A stretch of 64,000 nucleotides of DNA from positions 51,150,001-51,214,000 of the forward strand of contig OX597831.1 of the NCBI GenBank assembly GCA_951406725.2. Reading direction: 5' to 3'. A program made the translations under genes and the position numbers. The notes below the pieces were generated by a model. The model saw nothing but the letters and a program-made list of their open reading frames with translations, did no database searches and was not told the DNA's origin. Shown here piece by piece: positions 53,269 to 64,000 of this stretch (position 1 is its first letter; every line of letters begins with the position of its first letter). This DNA comes from Octopus vulgaris. Lineage: Eukaryota.

Positions 53269-53659
53269 ACTTTTTTACTTGTTTCAGTCATTTGACTGCG
53301 GCCATGCTGGAGCACCGCCTTTAATCGAGCAACTCGACCCCAGGACTTATTCTTTTTGTAAGCCCAGTACTTATTCTATCGGTCTTTTTTGACGAACCAC
53401 TAAGTAATGTGGACATAAACACACCAGCATCGGTTGTCATGCAATGCTAGGGGGACAAACACAGACACACATACATATATATATATATATATACATATAT
53501 ACGACAGGCTTCTTTCAGTTTCCATCTACCAAATCCACTCACAAGGCATTGGTCAGCCCGGAGCTATAGAAGAAGACACTTGCCCAAGATGCCATGCAGT
53601 GGGACTGAACCCGGAACCATGTGGTCGGTTAGCAAGCTACTTACCACACAGCCACTCCT
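53269..53659 (-). mobile_element. SINE family A
   Basis: Family match. Confidence 0.9.
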
Positions 53660-53669
53660 TTTATATACA

Positions 53670-54210
53670 TATAAAAGTTAAATAATGAGGGTAGAAACTA
53701 ATATTAATTAAATTAATATTAATTTAAACCAGTGGTCTAATATATTTTAAACAATTCGAAGATTAAGAAAATTATATAATATATATATAAAGAGGAATGA
53801 CCACCAGGTAGTTTCCTAATATACAAGAAGGAGACCCCAAATGGTCTAACCATGAAGGAAATTGTTCTCAAGAAAATTTCAGCAAACGCCAGAGCCAAGA
53901 GACAAAAGAAAAGATACAAAATTGGTGATAAACCACATACCATGGTTTCATTGTTATCATTTACATTACGTAAATGCCTGCAACTCTTCAGTGTGACTGT
54001 CAGGAAAATATAATTCACATAACTAAATACAAGACGTCCTCTCAAGAGGGGACATGTATAAAGTTCTATCAATTATATTTGAGGGTATATTTCATATGTC
54101 TTTGTTTTGGCACACCAAAGCTGGAAAGGGTTCTGCAGTTAATAATTTTCTGCAGCGAATTTACCGGTTAGAGAACATAGTTATTTAAAATTAAAACTCA
54201 CTTGTGAGTT
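53670..54210 (-). mobile_element. Penelope-like remnant/pLTR
   Basis: Contains an HHR and a TCPL.G-like motif; ends in TA microsatellite. Confidence 0.5.
53932..53997 (-). ncRNA. Minimal type I hammerhead ribozyme with canonical core
   Basis: GUCACA-CUGAAGA-GUUG..CAUUUAC/GUAAAUG..CAAU-GAAAC-CAUG-GUA-UGUGGU. Confidence 0.8.
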
Positions 54211-54216
54211 TCTCAC

Positions 54217-54532
54217 CAAAAACAAAATGATATCGCTTCCATACCTACTCTCCAGATTTAGCCCCTGCAGGCTTCCATCTCTTTCCCAAGATGAAAATGC
54301 AGCTCAAAGGTCATTGTATTAACACTGCTGTCAAGAGCAAATCACAGAAGGTCCTCAACTCACTTACAGAAAATGACTTCCAGACCAGATTCCAAAAGTA
54401 GCAGGAATGCTGAGGCAGGTGGATTGCTGTGCAAGATGACTATTTCGAAGGAGATGATGTTAAAACTTAGGTAAATAAGTTTTCTTTCTTATCAAAAAAT
54501 AACTAGTTGAGGAACCTTTTGATACTACCTCG
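54217..54532 (+). mobile_element. mariner 3' fragment with right TIR
   Basis: YSPDLAP..F.LFPKMK.QLKG, DYFEGD; TIR ...TTTTGATACTACCTCG|TA. Confidence 0.8.
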
Positions 54533-54626
54533 TATGTGTACAAAGTTATTTTCATACTTGACTGAACTCTTTCAAACTAACAAAATCTTCCAATAACTTT
54601 CTACCAATCTACACCCTAAAAGCATA

Positions 54627-55191
54627 TTGGGTTGTCTGGAAAGTTCGTGCCGATTTATAGTAGCTTACCTTTCGACTTATTTTAGAACATGGTTGAGTCC
54701 ATAATATAGGATTTGACTACACCTCCATTTAGAGCACAGTTTAAGCTATCTTTTCGTGGAAAATATTTATGTTCCTATAACTTGTGTTAATTCTGTAACC
54801 CTTTAACATGAGAGATAAGAAAGTTCCTTTTCGGCACTTGATGCTTTGGGAACCAGACAAAAATTGCTGCAGCTCGGCTGGGGCATGTGACCCCACCCTC
54901 CATATTCACCAGATATTGCTCCTTCGGATTTCCACTTATTCAGGTCTCTGCAGAATAGTCTTAATGGTAAAAATATCAATTCCTTGGATGACGTAAAAAG
55001 ATACCTTGATGAATTCTTTGCCATGAAACCACCCCAATTCTGGGAAGAGGGTATTTTCAAGTTAAAGGAAAGATGGAGACGCATTGTGCAACAAAATGGT
55101 TCATATTTGGTTGATTAAAAATGTAATGGCAAGTATTTATTGACCTTTTTCTTTCCTTTAAAAGTCAGCACGAACTTTCCGGACAACCCAA
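54627..55191 (+). mobile_element. Internally deleted mariner element with intact TIRs and TA TSD
   Basis: TA|TTGGGTTGTCTGGAAAGTTCGTGC...GCACGAACTTTCCGGACAACCCAA|TA; HPPYSPDIAPSDFHLFRSLQN..LKERW..IVQQNGSY. Confidence 0.93.
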
Positions 55192-56117
55192 TACTTTCTT
55201 CCTATCCTCTTCTATCCTTCTTCTCATACATCTACTTCCCAGACCAACAAACACAAAGCCTAATTATCATTTCACATAGCTCCACCTACTCCAGAAAATA
55301 ACCCAAGTGTTGCATTATTAGATCAAAAGCAAGGCAGGCCAAAACTTTTAAATCACAATTATTCCCCTACTTTAAAAAAAAGTTTAATAAACATGTACTC
55401 TAATAAAAAGTACTAATAATTCTTCAGTTTAATGTTAAATTACTTTTGTATGTAACTTGACATAAAAACAAACATTCATATGCATACAAACTTACATTTG
55501 TTTTTCAGAAGCATTGAATATGTATCATATGATACAGACAAGAAGGTGACAATCCAAACACAGCATTATCTCTACAAATTTTCTATAGAAATTATAGCCA
55601 ACACTAATTATATTACAAAGTTTCTTATCTGAGACACCTAGTGTAAGCAACAATGAGATCAAAAATGGAAAATGGGTAATGGACATATATGCCATATTTC
55701 AGGAATTTCTGCTTCTTCATCAGCACCCATCCAAACCATTAACCCTCCGTGAACTTATTGCTTAAATAGCCACTAAATATAGAGGTGTAACATTATTGGA
55801 TATATCAATTTTGCAGATTTTCTATAGAAATTATAGCCAGCACTGATTTTGTTACATTTCATATCTAAGAGACCTAATGTAAACAACAATGGCTGTAGGA
55901 AATCTGACGAGATAACTTTAACAAGTGATGTAGTAGCACTGCTAACACAGTAGTGACTTATAAAAGCATTTAATATACTTTGTAGAATATGGTGGTTGCA
56001 TAACCAAATACTGTGTCCCTACAGATTATAAACATTAATACACACACACACACACATTTCCAATCCATGCCAGCATGGAAAGCAGATGTTAAATGATGAT
56101 AATGATGATGATGAAGA

Positions 56118-56139
56118 TATATATATATGTGTGTATATA

Positions 56140-56213
<74 letters not shown>

Positions 56214-56553
56214 TATATACACAAATATATATATACACATATACATATATACACATATATATATATACATATATATATACATATATATACACACACATAT
56301 ATATATATACATATATATATATACATACATATATATATACACATATATATATATACACATATATATACACATATATATATATATACACATATATATACAC
56401 ATATATATATACACATATATATATACACATATATATATATATACACATATATATATACATATATATATACACATATATATATACATATATATATATAAAT
56501 ATATATATACACATATATATACATATATATATAAGCACACACACACATACATA
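56118..56553. repeat. (TA)n/(CA)n compound microsatellite; similar tracts at 23400-23730 and 51728-52015
   Basis: Direct. Confidence 0.97.
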
Positions 56554-57001
56554 TTAACCCTAAGAATTGTCTTCATACAAACACCTTAACAAAAACACAC
56601 ATACAAACACACATAAATTTACATACACTCACAAATGAATACCTATATACACGGACATACACTATCTTGCCGTCACACAAGCAACACAAACACACCAGTA
56701 CATGTACAAACAAAATCACATTGAGAACACACAAACAACATGCAGAATTAACACGCTTGTCTGCAATTTGGTTCCTGTAATTAATTAAGGTTACACTAGC
56801 ACTTTAATCTCATTAGTAATGAAAGGAAACAGACAAGAACACGATAAACAGTCATTCATGACGCAAGGAAGGGATAAGAGAAGATATCTAATTTCCTTAG
56901 CATCATTAAAATATACCAAAGATCACCACCAACAGCTAAACAATTTCAATGTGAAGTTAATCTAATTAGGAAAGAAATAATGAATGGAAACAATTTCATA
57001 A

Positions 57002-57515
57002 TCTATATATATAAAACTGTAGTTGTGTGAGTGTCTGTCCCCTTCGATTTAGATTCCTAACTACTCCCACATTTTGCGGTGCAGTTTAACCAAATTCAGG
57101 TATCTTATAGTCATGATTCATATCGAGCCCGTCTGAGTATTAGCGCGCGTCTACGATGAGTCTACGATTTTTAAAATAATTTAACATCATTTTTTATTCC
57201 ATTTTAATGCATAATTTTTCGTGTGTCGATGGCGGCGGAGTTGGCGTCCATGGTCACACCTGCACCTGTGTTGCTTCTCCCCCTTCTTCCCTCCCTCGTG
57301 AAGCTGTGGGGAAGAGAGTGTAAGGAAATCAACGTCGTAAAGCGTTGTCAAGGAGACCAGCGTTCTTTCAGAACAACAACTTCATGGCTTGAAGACACCA
57401 AAACAGAAATGGCTAAGAAAGCCCGAATTGGCATCTATAAGGGAAGTAACTCTCTAAAAATGCTTATATAGTTATTTCCCTTACAAACCCGAACAACGCC
57501 GGGCGATACTGCTAG
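57002..57515 (+). mobile_element. Non-autonomous Helitron
   Basis: A|TC start, subterminal hairpin CCCG..CGGG, CTAG|T end, no TSD. Confidence 0.88.
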
Positions 57516-57671
57516 TAAAATATAAATTTGAAAATTATAACATAACACTTAAAGTCACTGAATTAGTATGTTACATAATGTTAAGTCTCAAACTGAAGTG
57601 TATGTTTATCCATGTGCATGTGTGTGTGTATGTGTGTGTGCGTGTGTGTGTGCATGTGTACATTTTTTTTT

Positions 57672-58076
57672 TTTTTACTTGTTTAAGTCATTTGACTGCG
57701 GCCATGCTGGAGCACCGCCTTTAGTCGAGCAAATCGACCCCGGGACTTATTCTTTGTAAGCCCAGTACTTATTCTATCGGTCTCTTTTTGCCGAACCGCT
57801 AAGTGACGGGGACATAAACACACCAGCATCGGTCGTCAAGCAATGCTAGGGGGACAAACACAGACACACAAACATATACACACATATACATATATATATA
57901 TATACATATATACGACAGGCTTCTTTCAGTTTCCGTCTACCAAATCCACTCACAAGGCATTGGTCGGCCCGGGGCTATAGCAGAAGACACTTGCCCAAGG
58001 TGCCACGCAGTGGGACTGAACCCGGAACCATGTGGTTGGTTAGCAAGCTACTTACCACACAGCCACTCCTGCGCCT
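57672..58076 (-). mobile_element. SINE family A, young
   Basis: Family match. Confidence 0.92.
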
Positions 58077-58339
58077 GTATATATACATTTCGGATCTTTG
58101 TGTTTTTCATCACTGTTTACAATTTTGTTCCAATTGTTTCCAAATTTGGTATATGGATTAAGTTTTGTATACTAATAATGAAAATGAAATACGTTTTTTC
58201 CTATAAATCCATAATTAAAATGTTGTTAGCCTTTAAAATTTGCAAAATTTGGGTATTTTAGCCAATCAGAAGCAAGTATTTTAGACATTACCGTGGTGTA
58301 GAAGTCTGTCTCTATAGTAACCAAAACAAAGATGCTTAG

Positions 58340-58570
58340 AGTAGCAGAAGGGCTTGTGAGAGCTGGGCAAGCCTTTTACAAAGAGTGAAGTGAGCAAAGT
58401 CAGAATAAGTGATAAGTATAGTGATGAATTCAGCACTATGTAAGGGATTCACCAAGGCTCAGTCCTCAGTGCCCTCTTGTTCCTTACATTCCTCCAAGAT
58501 ATAACAGAGAAGTTCAAGTCCAGCTACCCATAGTAGTTTTCTTATGCTGATGACCTAACTCTAACAGTGG
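58340..58570 (+). mobile_element. RTE-like RT fragment
   Basis: GIHQGSVLS.LLF....ITE.FK....YADDL; related to the 18615-20238 element. Confidence 0.8.
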
Positions 58571-58792
58571 GGCCAACTCCAGAACCTCATGACTCCAAAA
58601 CGAATTTATTAATTACGTCACCATGCTCGCATTTATTGGAAGATAATTATGATATGAAGACTAAAAATATTCAAACAGGGTACAATAGTAATCCTGGCAC
58701 TGAAGCAGAAATTGATATATTTCTTTAGAAATTATTAAATGTTAAGCAAAATTTCTGTAGAAGATTAAATTTTAAAATAAATTTTATCATAC

Positions 58793-58849
58793 CTTGTTGA
58801 CAGAGAGTCTGATAGGCCAACCCCTGTTCTGTCGAAGTATTTGTTGTAC
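58793..58849 (-). CDS. Host gene internal exon A (57 nt, phase 0/0): VQQILRQNRGWPIRLSVNK, PDZ C-terminal helix/strand-like
   Basis: Minus-strand acceptor tttatctttccag|GTA and donor AAG|gtatga; open frame; joins exon B in frame. Confidence 0.8.
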
Positions 58850-59229
58850 CTGGAAAGATAAACAGCAGGAGTTAAAATTATACATATGTACAGACATAAA
58901 TATTTACATACAAACATGCATATAAATGCATATTAAATCATGCTAGCATGGAGAACGGACGTTAAACGATGATGATGATGATGATGATGATATATATATA
59001 CGTGTGTGTTTATGTGTGTATATATATACATACATACATACACACACACACATATTTAGAAAGTTAAAAGTTATGGCCAATCGTAAAGTAACCATTGCTT
59101 TTACAACTATAAAGCACTTAGCAGTATAAGTGACCCAAATGGTTGAAAAGCACATAACCTCTCTACAACAGGAGGAAGAAATATGTAATAGCCAATTGGT
59201 TTTGTAAACAAAAATATAATTTTCCATGC

Positions 59230-59975
59230 TGTAGGCAGGACAGCGTTATCTCCCTTACACTTGTTCCAGCCATGGAGATAATCAAGGAGCTGTGGTGGGA
59301 CTATTCAATGAATGGGAGAATTCCAAGTCTGGAGTAGATTTTAGATGAGAGTATTGACTGAATACTTCTTTCCTGGAGTTTAAAAAGGTTCCAGGTCAAG
59401 CTAGTATTTTTTTAGAATTCTTACTATCTCTGCCAAGCAAAGCTTACATCATTTGCTCCTGATTATATAAACTGCTCAAGGAGCTTCCATTTAGTTATGT
59501 ATGAGATTCCTTCCTCTTTTAAGACAACAATACCAACAGTTACAATGGCAAAAATAGCTGCTATGCCAGCAGCAATGGAATCACCAGAATCACGTCCCAG
59601 AATATCAGCACTGGCAGTGACTCCAGCAACAATAACATCAACATCAGCAGTGGTAGCACATTCAATACACAAACATAAAAATATGTCAGTTCAACCGCAC
59701 CCATATTGAAGCAATATCTGAACAACCACAAGTCCTCTTTTAGAATACCAGAAAGACACATTACATCCCTGGCCAGCCATGTATGGCACTTATTAATTTA
59801 AAAATGATGACAATTTTTTCTAGCTTGGTGATATAATAATGAAGAAAATCACACAAGTCAGCTCTCCTGTTGATATGAATATCTCTTTGAAAATCAAAGA
59901 GAGGATAACTATGGACAACTACTTTGAAACTTCCAGCTTCTATAACCAAATGAAAAATTTCACCTTTATACCATA
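59230..59975 (-). mobile_element. Penelope-like remnant (GIY-YIG region plus decayed HHR at 59250-59289) with internal inversion
   Basis: Minus: LKEEGISY.TKWKLL, CKLCLAE..RIL, NSRKEVFS..H; plus 59715-59795: NNHKSSFR...TSLASHVWHL. Confidence 0.72.
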
Positions 59976-59976
59976 A

Positions 59977-60340
59977 CTAGCAGTATGACCCGGCGTTGCC
60001 AGGTCATAGTGCTAGTACATGCATATATAGCTGCGTGCGTGCACACATGCACACGAGTACAGTCCAAATCTCCGACCAATCACATACAGCTAGCTGGCAT
60101 TCAATTGGCGTATCAAGTTTCGGGCATTTTGATTGGGATTTGGATAGAAAATTCACAGAAAAGTCACTTCTATTGATTTTTTAATGGCTTTACGGGGTGA
60201 CTGGGGAAATGTAAAGATGTGCACGACCACCCTTGGATGGTTTTGAATGACCATAGAAAGTGAGAGCCCTCTAACTGAAAAATTGTGGATTTGTATAAAG
60301 GACACGCATGCAGACATTTTGCCATTTATATATAGAGAGA
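59977..60340 (-). mobile_element. Non-autonomous Helitron
   Basis: Minus strand A|TC start; 3' hairpin TATGACCTGGC/GCCGGGTCATA; CTAG|T end. Confidence 0.88.
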
Positions 60341-60826
60341 TGATTGGTACACTTGGTTTTGTGAGTAAATGCCAAACTTATAGTCTTGATAAGCATGGTT
60401 TTCAGAAAAAGAAATCAACCAACTAACACACATTACAAATACATTCTATACGTGGAACAGTAAAAATATGTAAGACATTTCTCAAGTTTAAAATATGACA
60501 TTGTTTTCATTATCTACATTTCAATGATGGAGTTTTGTATCTTTGTTAGAAATCAGCTCTTTCGTTACAAGAAGGCTTCAAATAATTAAAATCGGAGGAG
60601 ATTACACATAGCTTCTTTTTCAAGGGAAGAATCTAAATAATTAAAAAACAGAAGATCATACATACATACATACATACATTACATATATACATACATACAT
60701 ACAATTAAGCATAAAGAAATTTGTAACAAAATGACATGTGTCTATCAACAAAGGCAAACACATGAATACATGCATATGTACCAGACATAGTAGACTCAGA
60801 AGCATTTGTATCAAAGATACAGACAT

Positions 60827-60860
<34 letters not shown>

Positions 60861-61205
60861 TTATAGCAATGGAAGCCATAAACAGATTTATGGAAGGAAG
60901 TGAGTGTTTGTGCTTGTTTACAAAGAGAAATGCTAAAAGTTATTTTAAGTTCTTACATAATTTCATGATTTATGAATAAAATTCAATTTAGCTGAATTTT
61001 CTCTCATGCATATAGACACACACACACACACACATTGCTAGAGACAGACAGACAGACAGACAGACAGCGAGAGAGAGAGGATAAGACACAGATGGATGGA
61101 TGCAGTTGCTTCACAATTAGGAGGCTCTGGGTTCAATCTCACTGCATGCTATCCTGGGTAGATATGCATATGTGTATAGATATATATATACATATATATA
61201 CACTA

Positions 61206-61411
61206 GGAGGTGCTGAAAAGTTCCTGGCTTTAGGTAAAATAAAATTCTAGAGGATCAGTTAATTATGATTTTATTCAACATATTCCCCTCTCAGATTCAC
61301 ACACTTATTTCAGCAGTCCTTCAGGTTTTCTAAGCCCTGTAAAAGAACCTGGAAGGTTGGACCACCAGGCTTTTCCCAATACTCTTGTAGCCAGGAACTT
61401 TCCAGCACCCC
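61206..61411. mobile_element. mariner-derived MITE
   Basis: TIRs GGTGCTGAAAAGTTCCTGGCT / AGCCAGGAACTTTCCAGCACC. Confidence 0.8.
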
Positions 61412-62029
61412 ATCACATGTGTGTATGTATTCATATATATATACACACACACACACATAAATATATCACCATCATCATCATCATAGTTTACCGTCCGCTT
61501 TCCATGCTAGCATGCATTGGACGGTTCAACTGGGGTCTGGGAAGCCAGAGGGCTGCACCAGGCCCAGTCTGATCTGGCAGTGTTTCTACAGCTGGATGCC
61601 CTTCCTAACGCCAACCACTACATGAGTGTAGTGGGTGCTTTTACGTGCCACTGGCACAGGTGCCAGACGAGGCTGGCAATGGCCACAATCAGATGGTGCT
61701 TTTTACATGCCACCGGCATGGAGGCCAGTTGGGGCAGCGCTAATCATTTATTACAGCCCTAGACATGTGTGAGTGTGTGAGCATATGTATGTATATTTAC
61801 TTGTCATTTCTCGAAAAACCAGTCACTCTTAAGTGGTGATATTGTTATCATTCTCCTTGTCAACAAACTTGTCTGCTCACTTTGCACCTTCAATGATGTG
61901 TGAAATAACAAATCCCCCAGTAAGGGTTAGTGACTGGAAGGGCATCTGGCAGTAAAACAATGCTTCAATAGTATACTCATCTAACCCATGTCAGCATGGG
62001 AAAAAAACAGACATAGAAATGAATGAATA

Positions 62030-63185
62030 TATTCTTTTATTCTTTTACTTGTTTCAGTCATTTGACTGTGGCCATGGTGGAGCACCACTTTGAAGGGCTC
62101 TAGTCAAACAAGTCGACCCTAGGACTTAATTTTTTTTTTAGCCTACTAGTTCTAGTACTTATTCTAGTGGTCTCTTTCACCAAACTGCTAAGTTACAGGG
62201 ATGTAAACACACCAACACCAGTTGTCAAGCAATGATGGGGGACAAAGACAAAGACAGACACACATAGATGTATATATATATGCAAAAATTTTATAATTAT
62301 ATACATAATTATAATAAGGGCTTGGCTTGTACCTCACCACACACTGAAAAATAAATGTCAAAAGACACTATTACCACCATAAATTCTTCGAGAATATTAC
62401 CTATTGCCGTCATCGGTGCCAGTATTCCATAGCACTAATTCATGAGTGTCCATGAATATGTGAATGAGTCGCGACTTTGCTCAACCAATATTCATCCATA
62501 CTCACAGAAATATACTGCAGAGTAGAATTCACATCTTTCTTTTATACCCACGTGTAGTTTGTCAAAATCAAGTCTGCAGTTAATACAGTTTTGATCAAGG
62601 AGTAAATTTTTCAAATATTAATTATAATAACAAAGGGTAAAAATCATTAATGATTTTTGTAAAATTTACCTATGAGGTTTTTATAATTGAAATTTTATAA
62701 TTACATACACAATAATAATTATTATATACATAATTATAATAAGCACCTCACCATACACTGATAAATAGATAGCAAAAGACACTATTACCACCAAAAATTC
62801 TTCAAGAATAACACACCACATAAGAAAATTGAAAGAAAATGAATTAAAACTTTTCGTTAACAGTGTACAAGATCCTGTTTCCATCTAGGTAATATTTTTT
62901 TTACTTTAAGCTGGAAACAGGATCTTGTACACGGTTAACCAAAAGTTTTAATTCATTTTCTTTCTTTTGCTAGCCTATTATGTGGTGTGTTATTCTTGGA
63001 GAATTTATGGTAGTAATAGTGTCTTTTGACGTCTATTTTTCAGTGCATAGTGAGGTACAAGCCAAGCCCTTATTATAATTATGTCTATAATTATAAAATC
63101 TTTATAAAATTTACCTATGAGGTTTTCATTTCTGCACTGACCACCTGGTAAAAATCATTAATGATTTTTACCCTTTATTAATATT

Positions 63186-63241
<56 letters not shown>

Positions 63242-63422
63242 CACGCACACACATACACACACACAATGGGCTTCTTTCAGTTTCTGTCAACCAAATCCAC
63301 TCACAAGGCTTTGGTTGGCCAAAGGCTATAGTAGAAGACACTTGCCCAAGGTGCCAAGTGGTGAGACTGAACCCTAAACCATGTAGTTGGGAAGCAATCT
63401 TCCTACCACACAGCCATGCTTG
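62030..63422 (-). mobile_element. SINE A split into halves (62030-62280, 63265-63422) by a foldback insertion
   Basis: The 3' and 5' halves of the family consensus flank the insert at the central TA tract. Confidence 0.75.
62281..63190. repeat. Complex foldback/palindromic insertion
   Basis: Arms ~62690-62886 and 62909-63100; outer arms 62622-62658 and 63150-63188; extra direct arm copy 62288-62396. Confidence 0.85.
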
Positions 63423-63956
63423 TGGCTATAGCTTTTAATCTTTTACTTGCTTCAGCAATGCACTGTGGCCATGCTGGTCTGCCTTGAAGAAGATTTAGTC
63501 AAACAAATCAACCCCAGTACTTATTTACAAGGCTAGTACACATATATAATTATTGTCAACTACACACACACACACATATGTATTTATATATATATATTTA
63601 TATATATATACATATATACATAAACTAACTTCCACACATGCTTTAATGACTATTGAACTAATGACACAGAACAAATCTGATTACTTTGGCTAAACATTTC
63701 AAACAATATTCTCAGTCAAAGTAATTCTCAGAGGAGCATTGAAGATTATTAAACCGAGGTTCATAACCATTGGAGACATAGACATCAACAGTTTTAAATG
63801 GTAGAAGAAGACAGCTTATTGTAGTTTCAGTACTTTAAACAAATGCATACAACTTATGAAAGGCCAGCATAGCTGTGATTAAGAGGCTTACTTTGAAACC
63901 ACACGGTTTTAGGTTCAATTCAACCACATGGAAGAAATACCTTTATTTGTGTGCAT

Positions 63957-63991
<35 letters not shown>

Positions 63992-64000
63992 TATACCTAT

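Noticed and set aside
55685-55730. CTGATGA...GAAA on the minus strand
   Set aside because: Stem II mismatched and no valid NUH cleavage triplet
57223-57471. GC-richer ORF
   Set aside because: Internal to a non-autonomous Helitron; no protein motif recognised
58809-58835. CTGATAG...GTCGAA motif on the plus strand
   Set aside because: Lies antisense within coding exon A, with no consistent stems
59497-59709. Ser/Thr/Ala-rich ORF as a host exon
   Set aside because: Wrong strand for the host gene, low complexity, inside the inverted PLE segment
62400-62575. Exon-like minus-strand segment ending AG|gtaata
   Set aside because: The frame I translated has stops, there is no pyrimidine tract, and it sits inside the foldback insertion

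Overview
AT-rich, repeat-dense animal genomic DNA; the SINE, LINE and microsatellite content resembles what I recall of Octopus (inference, not checked). The window lies inside one minus-strand protein-coding gene. I found four small GT-AG exons (58849-58793, 25391-25171, 18072-18027, 11299-11231) that splice in frame into 131 aa resembling the end of a PDZ domain, a linker and the start of a PTB/PID domain, with introns of 33.4, 7.1 and 6.7 kb. The introns hold many tRNA-derived SINEs, decayed RTE, R4/Dong, HERO and Penelope-like (PLE) retroelements, Tc1/mariner elements and MITEs, piggyBac-type MITEs, two non-autonomous Helitrons, 5S-like pseudogenes, a 21/42-bp minisatellite and long microsatellites. 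Almost all supplied ORFs are repeat artefacts. The most unusual signal is a set of minimal hammerhead ribozyme (HHR) motifs. Chief among them is a 401-bp element (42453-42853) with a 12-bp target-site duplication, in which a tRNA-like Pol III head sits between two inverted ~118-bp arms that each carry an HHR motif; a truncated second copy with a near-intact ribozyme lies next to it. All calls are by eye; repeat boundaries are approximate.
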